A DNA stretch of 64,000 nt from Bacteroidia bacterium (lineage in GTDB: Bacteria > Bacteroidota > Bacteroidia > M30B66). Below, piece by piece: positions 33,595-44,854 of this stretch. Made by a program: the position numbers and the translations under genes. The stretch spans positions 2,400,001-2,464,000 of the forward strand of contig OZ257142.1 in the NCBI GenBank assembly GCA_965279035.1, written 5' to 3'. How positions within the stretch are numbered: position 1 is the stretch's first letter; each line of letters begins with the position of its first letter. The notes beneath the pieces are model-generated. The model searched no databases and was not told where the DNA came from. It was given only the letters and a program-made list of their open reading frames with translations.

Positions 33595-33622
33595 AAAAAA
33601 GGCTGTCGATTGACAGCCTTTT
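33595..33622 (-). terminator. Terminator of the convergent T9SS gene
   Basis: aaaaaaggctgtc-gatt-gacagcctttt. Confidence 0.8.
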
Positions 33623-33650
33623 GAAGAATAAATTGGAAGTTTCAATCGAT

Positions 33651-36554
33651 TTATTGAATTATCAATTTACCTGCACCGATCTGTTTTCCATTACTAGAAA
33701 CACGGTAGAAATAAAGTCCTTTCGCCAAGCCTTCGCTCGATAATTGGATTTTATCCGAATTAGCATTCAACGTTTTAACCATTCTTCCTAATGCATCACT
33801 TATTACTAATTGAGAAGATGAGCTGCTAGGAAGTTCGAATGTAGTTAAGGATGTGAACGGGTTAGGATAGATTTTTACTCGATTATCGTGAGATGCATTT
33901 TCAGGAATTGCTGTAATGACCACATTTTCGATGAAGTCCTCCCCTATTGTGTGGAAAGTTGTATTGGTAAACACCGGCTCGTTAAAATCGAAATAAATTG
34001 CTGCTGTATTTTGGATAATACTTCCCAATGGATTTGAGTATTTCTGTTTGATTCTGTATTTGATAAAACCATGAGAAGAAGGTTCATTTACGAAGCTATC
34101 AGGCAATTGAATGTTGTTAAAGGTGAACTCAACTGCTTGAACATTGTCACCATAGTTTCTCCATGTATATGAATGACTTGAAGCTCCAGGTTGAATACTA
34201 CTTACATCGAGGTAATCAGAAATGGTGTCACGAACAACAATGGTAAAAGCTGTATCTGTTCCTGTGTTTTGAAAACGAATTAAGTATTCAAGCTCGGTGT
34301 TATCATAAATGAAGTGTTCTTCGCCGACTCCTTGAGGTGAAGGTGTTTTTTCATTTGGATCATAAGCACCAATATTGATTCTACAATCGATGTCTAAAGA
34401 TGGAGCTCCATCATAATTATCAAATTGAGTAATCCAAGCACCAGTGCTACTATCACCGCAAGCAGCAATGGCAATCGACACAATTGTATCTCCTAAGTAT
34501 GCTGGATAATCAACTGCTTGATTAACTTCCATTCGATAGGCAGAACCTATACTTGCAGAATAACCAATTTCACGTGTTTCACCACTTTGTAATAACACAC
34601 TTCCCGTTTGAGCAATTAATGTATCAATATAAATCACATAAGATTGTGCTACTTGCATAGCGCCATTGCTATTGTGAAGAATGAAAATAGCGCTATCATT
34701 TCTACATTCAGCATTCAAATCTACAGATGGACCAGTCCATTCGGGTAATAAGCAGCTTTGATTTGGGAAAATTTCGACCTGGCTGCAATGAGTTTGTCCA
34801 ATATAAGTACTACATGAAACAGTCACCGGAACTGCAATAGAACCGCAAGCTCCAATTGCTATGTTACCAATTGGAAAGCGAAGGGTAACTGAATCAATTT
34901 GCGTAAATGGAACTTGAATGGAAGATTCATCAACAATTAGAAAATCGTCAAATGTTGCATCAATGTAAGCGTTAGTTGCATCAGCAGTACCATTGTTACA
35001 ATAATGAATCATGTAGGTATAATCGAAACATCTTCTTAGAAAAGTAGTTCCCATATCAACAGTGAGTAATGGACAAAATGCTTCTGCTGTTTGGGCAAAT
35101 GAGGTATCAATTGTTGTCAGATTTTGAGGTATTGAAATCTGAAGCGTATCGTTTGTGCAGGAAATTGACCAATAAGTATTATCAGCAGCTGGGTGAAGTG
35201 TTAATTGATAATCACCTGTATCAACACGCATCCAATAATTTCCATTTACATCGGTTGAAGTGTAGAAAGTTTGAAGTCCACTAGCTTTCACCATCCAATT
35301 TGAAAACTGATGTTCTCCTACAGAATTAGCACAATCAGCATTGGCATCAGCAAATACATTTCCTTGAAGTGTATTTCCATAGATTTCACCAAGACTGTCT
35401 GTTTTAATCAAGTACATATTGGTGCGTGTGTAAGCTGTTTCCATTTTGGCACCACCAACGATATATCCACCATCACTTGTTTGGCGAACGCTGAACGATT
35501 TATAACTACCACTTCCAGTACCTTGATAATCTTTTATCCAATTGGGTTGTCCTTCTGAATCGGTTTTAATAAGTATAACATGGTTAGATGCAGATACCGT
35601 TCGGTAAGCTGTAATGATAAATCCCCCATCAACAGTTACATCGATATCAGAGCCAAATGCATAGCTTAGATTCGTTTGTGTGAAATTAATATCCCACAAA
35701 ATATCACCTGTTGATGTGGTTTTGAAAAGGAAAATTTCTGGGTTTCCAAAACTTACAGCATCATTACTAACAGCTACAATATTACCATCTGCTAGCTCAA
35801 CTAAACCACCTAAAGCTTCTGGAAAACTAGATTGTACACCATACATATGTTGCCATAATGAATCTCCTGTTGCATTCAATCGCCAAAGGAAATTATTCCC
35901 TCCAAACCCAATGTCTTTGTATCCCAACATGATTAAGTCACCATTATTGGCTTCCATAATTGCAATGGGAAGACGCTCTATTCCAGTTCCAGTATTGGGG
36001 TATTTTCTTAACCAATCAACTGTTCCATTTGCAGCTGTTTTGACTATGACAATCGTATCTTTTATTGTATTGTTGTCATAATAACCAACTTGAATATATC
36101 CGCCATCATTAGTTAAATCTCCACTATAAGAGTTTTGAGCTTCGGGGTAAATATTTAACCAAAGCTGATTTCCGTTGGCATCAATTCGTTGCAAGTAAAC
36201 TTCGCTCGCGTTTGTAGATGGATTATTGCGAGTTCCTTCGATGATATAACCACCATCAGTAGTAATTTCAATATTGTTTGCACTCGAATGCATGCCCATG
36301 TTAGGATATGACTGAGTCCATTGAATGTTACCCATATCATCCACTTTGACAACTCGATTATTTCCACCGGAAGTTGCGAACTCACTCACACCAGCAAGAA
36401 TATATCCGCCATCAGCTGTTTGGCGAACGGCTTCAATTCCATCACCGGTGGCACCTCCTAAAATTGGAGGATATATCTTTTGCCATCCGCCTTGTGCAAG
36501 AGCATTTAAATGAAGCAAGAAAAGCGATAGAATCAATGTAATTGTGAATTTCAT
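33651..36554 (-). CDS. T9SS-secreted protein: beta-propeller-like repeats, Ig-like domains and CTD
   Basis: Repeated T.DGGYI blades; YDPNEK...YLIRFQNTGTDTA...AIYFDFNEPV module; KIYPNP...GLYFY...KLIIQ sorting domain. Confidence 0.85.
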   Translation of the reverse strand: MKFTITLILSLFLLHLNALAQGGWQKIYPPILGGATGDGIEAVRQTADGGYILAGVSEFATSGGNNRVVKVDDMGNIQWTQSYPNMGMHSSANNIEITTDGGYIIEGTRNNPSTNASEVYLQRIDANGNQLWLNIYPEAQNSYSGDLTNDGGYIQVGYYDNNTIKDTIVIVKTAANGTVDWLRKYPNTGTGIERLPIAIMEANNGDLIMLGYKDIGFGGNNFLWRLNATGDSLWQHMYGVQSSFPEALGGLVELADGNIVAVSNDAVSFGNPEIFLFKTTSTGDILWDINFTQTNLSYAFGSDIDVTVDGGFIITAYRTVSASNHVILIKTDSEGQPNWIKDYQGTGSGSYKSFSVRQTSDGGYIVGGAKMETAYTRTNMYLIKTDSLGEIYGNTLQGNVFADANADCANSVGEHQFSNWMVKASGLQTFYTSTDVNGNYWMRVDTGDYQLTLHPAADNTYWSISCTNDTLQISIPQNLTTIDTSFAQTAEAFCPLLTVDMGTTFLRRCFDYTYMIHYCNNGTADATNAYIDATFDDFLIVDESSIQVPFTQIDSVTLRFPIGNIAIGACGSIAVPVTVSCSTYIGQTHCSQVEIFPNQSCLLPEWTGPSVDLNAECRNDSAIFILHNSNGAMQVAQSYVIYIDTLIAQTGSVLLQSGETREIGYSASIGSAYRMEVNQAVDYPAYLGDTIVSIAIAACGDSSTGAWITQFDNYDGAPSLDIDCRINIGAYDPNEKTPSPQGVGEEHFIYDNTELEYLIRFQNTGTDTAFTIVVRDTISDYLDVSSIQPGASSHSYTWRNYGDNVQAVEFTFNNIQLPDSFVNEPSSHGFIKYRIKQKYSNPLGSIIQNTAAIYFDFNEPVFTNTTFHTIGEDFIENVVITAIPENASHDNRVKIYPNPFTSLTTFELPSSSSSQLVISDALGRMVKTLNANSDKIQLSSEGLAKGLYFYRVSSNGKQIGAGKLIIQ

Positions 36555-36746
36555 AATAAGAGTGTTTGATACTAATGGATTGAGTAAAAAGGCTTTTGCA
36601 AAATGCTCTTGAATTCAGGATTTCAAAATTAGTTTTTTATGTGAATTAAAATAGGATGAAAAAAATGAACAACTAATTACTATCCAATTATTTATCAGAT
36701 ATTTTTTTGGGTTTGTGCAAATCTCAATATTCGATTTATTAAAAAG

Positions 36747-36782
36747 AAAACGCGCTACAATCAAGAATTGAAGCGCGTTTTT
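36747..36782 (-). terminator. Terminator after the M1 peptidase
   Basis: aaaacgcgct...agcgcgttttt. Confidence 0.7.
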
Positions 36783-36798
36783 AAACTGAATGATAGAA

Positions 36799-39228
36799 TT
36801 ACTTTCTAATCTTTTTTTCTAATTCATATTCCCAAGTCTGTTTGGCGTTCCATGTATTCAACTGAGAATCGATTTGGTTTTTCCATTCAGGTTTTAATTT
36901 ATAAGCCCAATTTAGATAACCCACACCTGCACTACTCATTCGATTATTTCCACTACGGGCTGCCTCCAGCGCATGTTTCAGAAACTCTTCGTTGAAAATT
37001 AATTCATCTTTTGCCAATGTCAATGCACCTCTTCGGGTATTGAATTCAAAAGAAACAGAAGATAGATCTGCTAATTCGGTGATAGATTGTTTATTTCCAC
37101 TTTTGATCGACCATTTTAGCCAAGTAATACGCACATTATGAGCATTGTTGCCCATTTCCGATTTCGTTTTTTCCAAGTAAGTCGCACGATCGGCAGGAAA
37201 ACTCAAGCAAAGTTTGTTCAGCACTTCTTCTTGAAGTTGGTAGCTTAATTCATTGAGTAAACCTTCGAATGACTTCTTAAACTCTTTAGGAATTGTATCA
37301 TAAGATGCAACAGCAGCTTTACGAATAATCAAATCAGAATCAGCAAAAGCGGAAGTGATTAAAGCACGTGATTTTTTGTTTTTATCCTTAGCCAATTGTT
37401 CAATAACCGCTTCTCGAACTTCATGAAAGGTTTCTTTTTTATAGACTTGAATGAGCACATCTCGTTTTTGATCAAGTGGTACATCACTCATGGCAATCAC
37501 CGCATCTAAACGATCAAGCATATAAGTTGCCGTAAGTGCCTGCAGTTTTAATTGCTCAAATGGTTTATTAAAAACGACAGCTTTAATAACCTGATTTCCT
37601 GGATCGAAAAGAGCATAAGCTGCTGTCTTTCCTGCAGGATGTTCAATTTTTACATTTTGCACTTTTTCAGAAATCCACACGGTTTTACTTTCCTTGCTGC
37701 CATCGGTAAAATGCACTTCAAACACAATAGGCATTTTGAACAAACCTACATAGGGTAGTTTTTCTTGTAATTGAGAAACAATGAACCGTGTTGATTCTTT
37801 GGTACTTTCGGATTCTACCTTGTAAATAGGTTCACCTCCTCTATAAATCCATTGATCCCAAAACCAATTGAGCGAATAACCCAATGTTTCGTGAAATGCA
37901 ATGAGTAAGTCTTCCGAATCCACATTATCATAAGCATGCGATTTCAAGTAGTGATTGATAGCACGATTGAATTCTTCACGGCCAACCACATACTTTAACA
38001 TTTCAAGCACAACCGCACCTTTGGGATACCAACGTGTACTTCCTGCGTCGCTACTCGCAACCGGATATAAATCACGATTCGATGCATTCAAAGCTGCATT
38101 TTGGGCGTTTCTTCTTGCTAAATCAAAATAATCTTGTCCAAATGCTTCACGCTCATACATCATATTATAATGTGTCGCGAAACTTTCCTGAAGCCAATGA
38201 TGCGTTTCGGTTCGAGCAGTTACCATATCACCAAACCATTGATGGGCAAGCTCATGCGCATTTACTCCCACATAGGAACGGTCGAGTAAACCACGAGTAT
38301 CGTTAAAGAAAAAGTCTCCAAAAACTGTTGCCGTCGTATTTTCCATCGCTCCATACATAAATTCTTGAACGGGAATTTGACTGTAGTTTTCCCATGGAAA
38401 TGGAACGCCAATCTCTTTCTCAAAGAATTCTATCATTTCTGTACTCTTAGCATACGTGCCAGCAACGCGATCTTTCCAATCGGGATAATACCAAAGATTA
38501 ACTGCCAAACCTGTTGCTGTTTTGCGTGAATCAATTTCATAATCACCAATTCCCAACATGATCAAATACGGAGCATGCGGCTTATTCATGCGGTAATGCC
38601 AGATTTGATTTGCTCCAGCATCTTTAACTCCCAGTTTTACTCCATTCGACAATACCTTATAGGGTTTTGCCATGGTGATGATCATTTCGGAAGTAATCTT
38701 ATCGTTCATGTTATCGAACATCGGTAACCAGCAACGATTGTCGGTTCCTTGTCCTTGCGACCAGATTTGTTTGCGTGCACGGTTTGTTGGATCGTTCCAG
38801 CCAACGAAATACAATCCGTGACGAGGAAAGGCCACATAACGAATGCTTAAGCTATCGGCTGAATTCCAATTGAGTGCTTTAGGAAATACTACTGTGAAAC
38901 CCGTTTCATACTTACGGATTGTTAGCTTTTGATCGTGGTAATTTACTTCCTGAACTTGAATATCAGGACCATCGAAAAAGAGTGTATCCACATTTTGTCG
39001 AATGGCTTGAAAACGATGTGTTACCAATCCGTTTACTTTTCCTTGAGTAGGTTCGAAGGAAGCCTCCAAGCGTAAATGTTGGAAATCAACGAAACGTTCA
39101 CGCGGAACGGATGCCGAATCGTACGGCATGGATAGGATAAAAGGTTTCACCGGCTCCTTTTGCGCAAAAAGGGAAACAGCCGTCAATAAAGGAACTCCAA
39201 TTAGAAGTTTCCGAAAGAGTTGGGTCAT
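36799..39228 (-). CDS. M1 family aminopeptidase with C-terminal HEAT-like repeats
   Basis: GAMEN, HELAHQWFGD and WLQESFA motifs; signal peptide. Confidence 0.92.
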   Translation of the reverse strand: MTQLFRKLLIGVPLLTAVSLFAQKEPVKPFILSMPYDSASVPRERFVDFQHLRLEASFEPTQGKVNGLVTHRFQAIRQNVDTLFFDGPDIQVQEVNYHDQKLTIRKYETGFTVVFPKALNWNSADSLSIRYVAFPRHGLYFVGWNDPTNRARKQIWSQGQGTDNRCWLPMFDNMNDKITSEMIITMAKPYKVLSNGVKLGVKDAGANQIWHYRMNKPHAPYLIMLGIGDYEIDSRKTATGLAVNLWYYPDWKDRVAGTYAKSTEMIEFFEKEIGVPFPWENYSQIPVQEFMYGAMENTTATVFGDFFFNDTRGLLDRSYVGVNAHELAHQWFGDMVTARTETHHWLQESFATHYNMMYEREAFGQDYFDLARRNAQNAALNASNRDLYPVASSDAGSTRWYPKGAVVLEMLKYVVGREEFNRAINHYLKSHAYDNVDSEDLLIAFHETLGYSLNWFWDQWIYRGGEPIYKVESESTKESTRFIVSQLQEKLPYVGLFKMPIVFEVHFTDGSKESKTVWISEKVQNVKIEHPAGKTAAYALFDPGNQVIKAVVFNKPFEQLKLQALTATYMLDRLDAVIAMSDVPLDQKRDVLIQVYKKETFHEVREAVIEQLAKDKNKKSRALITSAFADSDLIIRKAAVASYDTIPKEFKKSFEGLLNELSYQLQEEVLNKLCLSFPADRATYLEKTKSEMGNNAHNVRITWLKWSIKSGNKQSITELADLSSVSFEFNTRRGALTLAKDELIFNEEFLKHALEAARSGNNRMSSAGVGYLNWAYKLKPEWKNQIDSQLNTWNAKQTWEYELEKKIRK

Positions 39229-39237
39229 ATAGCGGTC

Positions 39238-40167
39238 TTAAAAGATCGCCGTAAAAGTATCAGAATTAGCGGATTTCCAGCCACGGTACATGCCTTCGGA
39301 ATTAAAAGGTAAACAGATATTTCCGTGTTTATCGATGGCAACCAATCCGCCTTCACCACCAAACTTAACCAGTTTATCGTTGACTACCTTACTACAGGCG
39401 TCTTCCAGACTCAAACCTGCATATTCCATTAAGCAACTAATGTCATAAGCAACAACTGAACGAATGAAAAATTCACCATGTCCGGTACAGGAAATGGCGC
39501 ATGTTGTATTGTTTGCATATGTTCCGGCACCAATAATAGGACTGTCTCCTGCCCTGCCCCAGCGTTTATTGGTCATTCCGCCAGTTGATGTTGCGGCAGC
39601 TAGATTTCCATGAACATCTAAAGCAACTGCGCCGACCGTACCAAATTTCTTTTCGTCAAGAGGGATTTCAACCGAATGATCGAGATGAGCACCACTTTCA
39701 TCAATTACCTGCATGAGCTGATTGTAGCGCAATTCGGTGTAGAAAAATTCGGGGGATTCAAGTGTAAATCCGTGTTCGACTGCAAACTGTTCAGCTCCTT
39801 TTCCACACAGCATCACATGTTCGGATTGCAGCATGATAGTTTTAGCTAAAGAAATTGGATGAGCAATTCCCGAAACACCAGCAACAGCGCCAGCCATGAG
39901 GTGTTTTCCTTCCATAATTGACGCATCTAATTCATGCGTTTTGTCGTGGGTGAAAACGGCGCCTCGTCCGGCATTAAACAGCGGACAATCTTCTAAAGAT
40001 CTCACAGCTGCTTCGACAGCATTGAGTGATGATCCATTATTTTTCAAAACAGTCTCACCCGCTAACAGGGCACTTGCAAGAGCAGCGTGATACGCAGCTT
40101 CTTTTTCGGGAGTGAACTGATGGCGGGCGAGCGTTCCGGCTCCACCATGAATGGCGAGGCTATACAC
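39238..40167 (-). CDS. iaaA: Isoaspartyl peptidase/L-asparaginase (Ntn hydrolase)
   Basis: IHGGAG, FNAGRG, GTVGAVALD, ATSTGG and SCTGHGE motifs; GTG start. Confidence 0.93.
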   Translation of the reverse strand: MYSLAIHGGAGTLARHQFTPEKEAAYHAALASALLAGETVLKNNGSSLNAVEAAVRSLEDCPLFNAGRGAVFTHDKTHELDASIMEGKHLMAGAVAGVSGIAHPISLAKTIMLQSEHVMLCGKGAEQFAVEHGFTLESPEFFYTELRYNQLMQVIDESGAHLDHSVEIPLDEKKFGTVGAVALDVHGNLAAATSTGGMTNKRWGRAGDSPIIGAGTYANNTTCAISCTGHGEFFIRSVVAYDISCLMEYAGLSLEDACSKVVNDKLVKFGGEGGLVAIDKHGNICLPFNSEGMYRGWKSANSDTFTAIF

Positions 40168-40169
40168 GA

Positions 40170-40613
40170 TTACTCAGCGCTTTCGTGAACAACAATTTTT
40201 TCAATCTTATCGCCTTGACGGATTTGATCTACAATGTCAACACCATCTGTTACTTTACCAAAACACGTGTGTTTACGGTCCAAATGAGAAGTATTGCGAC
40301 GGCTGTGGCAAATGAAAAACTGAGATCCACCTGTATCGCGGCCAGCATGAGCCATTGAAAGAACTCCACGGTCGTGATATTGATTATCGCCAGTTAGTTC
40401 GCATTTGATGCTGTAACCAGGTCCACCTGCACCAGTTCCAGTTGGGTCGCCACCTTGAACAACGAAATCAGGAATTACACGGTGAAATGTCAATCCGTCG
40501 TAAAATCCGCTTTTAGCTAAGCGAACGAAATTATCTACAGTGATAGGCGCGTCTTTATCGAAGAATTCAATCTTCATATCGCCGTACTGTGTAGTAAGAG
40601 TTGCAGTAGTCAT
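40170..40613 (-). CDS. Cyclophilin-type peptidyl-prolyl isomerase
   Basis: FYDGLTFHRVIPDFVVQGGDP, SMAHAGRDTGGSQFF and HTCFG motifs. Confidence 0.95.
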   Translation of the reverse strand: MTTATLTTQYGDMKIEFFDKDAPITVDNFVRLAKSGFYDGLTFHRVIPDFVVQGGDPTGTGAGGPGYSIKCELTGDNQYHDRGVLSMAHAGRDTGGSQFFICHSRRNTSHLDRKHTCFGKVTDGVDIVDQIRQGDKIEKIVVHESAE

Positions 40614-40629
40614 GAATTAAAATTTTGCG

Positions 40630-40637
40630 CAAAGATA
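40630..40637 (-). promoter_or_regulatory. Internal -7 element (TATCTTTG) for the PPIase-iaaA-M1 genes
   Basis: Exact TAnnTTTG match in the pgi-PPIase gap. Confidence 0.6.
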
Positions 40638-40651
40638 GTATTCGCCGACAA

Positions 40652-42307
40652 TCATTCAGACTTCATTGCTTTCCATCGATTGATGAGCAAATTAGTAGAA
40701 GAATCGTGGCTGTTGATAGATTCGTTGTTTCTTAATTCAGGAAGAATTCGGTTGGCGAGTTGTTTTCCTAATTCAACGCCCCATTGATCGTAGCTGAATA
40801 CATTCCAAATTACGCCTTGAACAAAGATTTTATGCTCGTATGCAGCTATTAAAGCTCCAAGATTATAGGCATTAATGCGTTTTAGCAGAAAGGTGTTTGT
40901 TGGACGATTTCCTTCGAATACGCGGAATGGTGAATGGAATTCAATTTCTTCCTCCGTCATTCCTTTAGCCTTCAGCTCCGCTTCTACTGTTTCTTTGTCT
41001 TTACCGTTCATTAATGCTTCGGTTTGAGCAAAGAAGTTCGACATCAAGAGCGTATGGTGTTCTCCAATAGGATTTTGCGAGATTGCTGGAGCGATAAAAT
41101 CAGCAGGAATTAATTGAGTACCTTGATGGATGAGTTGGTAAAAAGCATGTTGTCCGTTTGTGCCCGGTTCGCCCCAAATGATTGGTCCTGTTTGGTAATT
41201 AACGAGATGACCGTTTCGATCTACCTGTTTACCATTACTTTCCATGTCGCCTTGTTGAAAATAGGCAGCAAAACGATGCATGTATTGATCGTAAGGAAGA
41301 ATTGCTTGGGATGAAGCACCAAAGAAGTTGACATACCAAATTCCGAGAAGTGCCATCAATACTGGAATGTTATCGGCAAATGCTGTTTGACTAAAGTGAT
41401 TATCCATTGCATGAGCACCTTCGAGCAAGGACATAAATTGATCGAAACCAAGTGAGAGACAAATAGATAAACCTATAGCACTCCAAAGCGAATAACGTCC
41501 GCCAACCCAATCCCAAAACACAAACATGTTATCTGTATTGATTCCAAAAGCTGCCACTTCTTTCGCATTGGTTGAAACTGCTACGAAATGAGCTGCAACG
41601 TGTTGATTATCCTTTGCATGACTCAAGAACCAATCACGCGCTGTTAGGGCGTTTGACATGGTTTCTTGTGTAGTGAATGTTTTAGAAGCAATGATGAATA
41701 AAGTTGTTTCGGGATCAACTTTACGCAAGGTTTCGGCGATATGTGTTCCATCCACATTCGACACATAATGCATCTGGATGTTGCGATTCGAATAGGCTTT
41801 CAACGCTTCGGTAACCATGACGGGTCCTAAGTCGGAGCCGCCAATACCAATGTTTACTACATGTTGAATTGCTTTTCCAGAATAGCCTTTCCATTGGCCA
41901 GAATGAATAGCCTGAGTAAACTGTTTCATTTGATCAAGTACTGCACGGATGTCGTGCATAACATCTTTACCATCCACCAGAACAGGCTTGTTACCTGTAT
42001 TTCTTAATGCTGTGTGAAGTACGGAGCGGTTTTCTGTTACGTTAATACGTTTACCCGTAAACTGAGCATCGATGGCAGCTTTCAATCCACATTCTTCAGC
42101 AAGCGCAATGAGTAAACGTTTGGTTTCGTCGGTGATGCGGTTTTTAGAATAATCGAATAGAATATCTCCCAATTCAATGGAGAAACGAGCAGCACGAATG
42201 GTATCATCCTGAAAAAAATCACGCATGTGCTTATCGCGCATCCAAGAATAATGCTGACGTAAATCGCCGTAAGCAGTGGTTTTATCGAAAGTTACTGAAG
42301 GAAACAT
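40652..42307 (-). CDS. pgi: Glucose-6-phosphate isomerase
   Basis: [31 protein letters not shown] and DQWGVELGK motifs. Confidence 0.97.
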   Translation of the reverse strand: MFPSVTFDKTTAYGDLRQHYSWMRDKHMRDFFQDDTIRAARFSIELGDILFDYSKNRITDETKRLLIALAEECGLKAAIDAQFTGKRINVTENRSVLHTALRNTGNKPVLVDGKDVMHDIRAVLDQMKQFTQAIHSGQWKGYSGKAIQHVVNIGIGGSDLGPVMVTEALKAYSNRNIQMHYVSNVDGTHIAETLRKVDPETTLFIIASKTFTTQETMSNALTARDWFLSHAKDNQHVAAHFVAVSTNAKEVAAFGINTDNMFVFWDWVGGRYSLWSAIGLSICLSLGFDQFMSLLEGAHAMDNHFSQTAFADNIPVLMALLGIWYVNFFGASSQAILPYDQYMHRFAAYFQQGDMESNGKQVDRNGHLVNYQTGPIIWGEPGTNGQHAFYQLIHQGTQLIPADFIAPAISQNPIGEHHTLLMSNFFAQTEALMNGKDKETVEAELKAKGMTEEEIEFHSPFRVFEGNRPTNTFLLKRINAYNLGALIAAYEHKIFVQGVIWNVFSYDQWGVELGKQLANRILPELRNNESINSHDSSTNLLINRWKAMKSE

Positions 42308-42323
42308 AGTGGTAAGAAATGCG

Positions 42324-42354
42324 AAAATCGACTATCGATTAAGACAGTCGATTT
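42324..42354 (-). terminator. Hairpin between fbaA and pgi (attenuator or stabiliser)
   Basis: Minus strand aaatcgactgtc-ttaatc-gatagtcgatttt. Confidence 0.55.
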
Positions 42355-42380
42355 ATCTGAATGTGAGTTGTTTAAATGAA

Positions 42381-43460
42381 TTAACCTAAACGGTTGATGC
42401 AATTCAAATCGTCGAATGCTTGTTTCAAACGTTTGATAAAGCTTTCTTCCCCTTTACGTTCCCACACACGTGGATCGTAGAATTTTTTGTTAGGTTTATC
42501 TTCACCTTCAGGATTTCCAATTTGTCCTTGCAGGTAAGCTTTATTGGCTTCGTAGTAGTTTTTAACACCTTCCCAGAAAGCCCATTGCAAGTCAGTATCG
42601 ATGTTCATTTTTACCGCTCCGTAAGAAATAGCTTCACGAATTTCTTCTACAGAAGAACCAGAACCACCGTGGAATACGAAATTGACAGGTTTAGCGCCAG
42701 TGTTGTATTTGTTTTGAATGTAGACTTGAGAATTATTCAGAATTTTCGGCTCTAGTTTTACGTTACCCGGTTTGTACACACCATGAACATTACCGAAAGC
42801 AGCAGCAATGGTGAAATTATCGCTGATTTTTTTCAATTCTTCATAAGCGAATGCTACTTCTTCGGGTTGAGTATATAGCTTTTTACTATCGAGATGTGAA
42901 TTATCTACTCCATCTTCTTCACCACCCGTAACGCCTAATTCAATTTCGAGCGTCATGCCCATTTTAGCCATGCGAGCTAGATAGGTTTTGCAGATTTCGA
43001 TGTTTTCGGTGATAGGTTCTTCGCTCAAATCGATCATGTGTGAGCTGAAGAGCGGTTTTCCGTGAATGGCGAAATATTTTTCACCTGCATCGAGTAAACC
43101 GTCAATCCAAGGAAGTAGTTTTTTAGCAGCGTGATCGGTATGAAGTACAACGGGAATATTGTATGCTTCAGCCATTAAATGCACATGATGCGCTCCCGAA
43201 ATAGCACCTGCAATGCTTCCTTGTTGTTGATCGTTTTTCAATCCTTTACCGGCAAAAAACTGAGCTCCACCATTAGAAAATTGAACAATTACAGGTGAAT
43301 TAAGATCCCGTGCTGTTTCTAACACGGCATTCACGGTGTGACTGCTAATCACGTTAACAGCAGGTAATGCAAAGCCTTGTTCGTTGGCTTGACGTAGCAA
43401 TCGGCTGAGCTCTGCTCCAGACAGAACTCCCGGTTTGAAAGTGGTAGTTGTTTCGGACAT
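42381..43460 (-). CDS. fbaA: Class II fructose-bisphosphate aldolase
   Basis: LHTDHAAKK, SSHMIDLSEE, GNVHGVYKPG, FHGGSGS and KMNIDTD motifs. Confidence 0.96.
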   Translation of the reverse strand: MSETTTTFKPGVLSGAELSRLLRQANEQGFALPAVNVISSHTVNAVLETARDLNSPVIVQFSNGGAQFFAGKGLKNDQQQGSIAGAISGAHHVHLMAEAYNIPVVLHTDHAAKKLLPWIDGLLDAGEKYFAIHGKPLFSSHMIDLSEEPITENIEICKTYLARMAKMGMTLEIELGVTGGEEDGVDNSHLDSKKLYTQPEEVAFAYEELKKISDNFTIAAAFGNVHGVYKPGNVKLEPKILNNSQVYIQNKYNTGAKPVNFVFHGGSGSSVEEIREAISYGAVKMNIDTDLQWAFWEGVKNYYEANKAYLQGQIGNPEGEDKPNKKFYDPRVWERKGEESFIKRLKQAFDDLNCINRLG

Positions 43461-43464
43461 GATC

Positions 43465-44847
43465 TTATTTTTTATAGGTGTACACGTAGTACTGCCAAGG
43501 CTCTAAGGTAAGTTGAATTTGATTTTTGAAAGCGACTTCTGGCTGTGCTCCGAAAATTTCTTGTGCAATCCCAGCAACATCGGGAGAATCGAGCTTAACT
43601 TTTTGTTTTTTATTGCTCAAATTCAACACAAATAAGACTTTGGAATTTTCTTTTTTACGCAGGAAGCTGAAAACGAAATCCTCTTTACCATTGGGAAGAA
43701 CAATCATTTCACCTCCATTTTCTCCACAACGCAATGCTGCTTCTTGTTTTTTCAATTTCAACATGCGTGAATAAAAGTCGGCCATCGGAAATTTCGAAAA
43801 GTCGATGGTGTCTTTATCGAAGAAACGGATGGTTTTAGCATTGGCTGCTTCTTGTCCGCTGTAGATGAGCGGCATACCATTCAATCCAAACGTTAAGACA
43901 GAAAAAGCCTTCACTCCTGCTCCAAACTTATCGTATTCACTTTTGCTCCAGGAGTTTTCATCGTGGTTGGAAGTGAAATACATGTGATAAGCATTTTTTG
44001 GAAATGACTTATTGGCTTCTAGGTATGCGGTGATGTCTTTAACTGTTTTCTTATTAGCAGCGATATCTACTAAGGTGTGGTAAAGTTTCCAACCATAAGC
44101 CATGTCAAACGCTTTTTCGTGCAGATTTGCTTCTTCTGCTTCGGCTAACATAAAGGTTCCTGGATGCAATTGTTCGAGTTGGCGACGTACATCTTGCCAA
44201 AAATCAACAGGAACCATGTAGGCCACATCGCAACGGAAACCGTCGATATTACTGGCTTTCATCCAGAATTTCATGGCATCAATCATGGCAGCGCGCATGT
44301 TCGCGTTGTCGTAATTCAAATCAGCTACATCTGACCAGTCGTCCACTGGAGATTTGATTTCGCCTTTATCGTTTTTGTTATAGTATTCGGGATGATTCTT
44401 AATCCAGGAATGGTCAAAAGCTGTGTGGTTTGCTACCCAATCAAGGATGACTTTCATTCCTAAACTATGTGCTTTGTTCACCAGATTTACCCAATCCTCC
44501 ATTGTTCCCATTTCGGGATTAACTGCCATGTAATCTTGGATGCTGTAATAGCTTCCGAGCGACCCTTTACGTTTGAGCTTTCCAATCGGTTGAATAGGCA
44601 TCACCCAAAGAATTTCTACGCCCATGTTGTGCAAGCGTTCGAGATGAGTGCCGAATTCGTTGATTGTTCCAGAAGGTGTGTACTGGCGAATGTTTACTTC
44701 GTAGATATTGCTAGTTGCGGCCCATTCGGGTGGATACGCAGTTTTCATAGCACCTGGAATTGAGGAAGACCGAGCTTTGATTTGAGGTTGAGCCATGGCA
44801 GAAATGGAGATTGCCAAAAGACAAAAGCTGAGAAGAGTTAAACGCAT
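43465..44847 (-). CDS. GH13 alpha-amylase-family hydrolase with signal peptide
   Basis: DWVANH, GFRCDVA, LAEAE and SNHDEN motifs; ATG at 44847 (MRLTLLSFCLL...AMA-Q). Confidence 0.9.
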   Translation of the reverse strand: MRLTLLSFCLLAISISAMAQPQIKARSSSIPGAMKTAYPPEWAATSNIYEVNIRQYTPSGTINEFGTHLERLHNMGVEILWVMPIQPIGKLKRKGSLGSYYSIQDYMAVNPEMGTMEDWVNLVNKAHSLGMKVILDWVANHTAFDHSWIKNHPEYYNKNDKGEIKSPVDDWSDVADLNYDNANMRAAMIDAMKFWMKASNIDGFRCDVAYMVPVDFWQDVRRQLEQLHPGTFMLAEAEEANLHEKAFDMAYGWKLYHTLVDIAANKKTVKDITAYLEANKSFPKNAYHMYFTSNHDENSWSKSEYDKFGAGVKAFSVLTFGLNGMPLIYSGQEAANAKTIRFFDKDTIDFSKFPMADFYSRMLKLKKQEAALRCGENGGEMIVLPNGKEDFVFSFLRKKENSKVLFVLNLSNKKQKVKLDSPDVAGIAQEIFGAQPEVAFKNQIQLTLEPWQYYVYTYKK

Positions 44848-44854
44848 ATGAATA

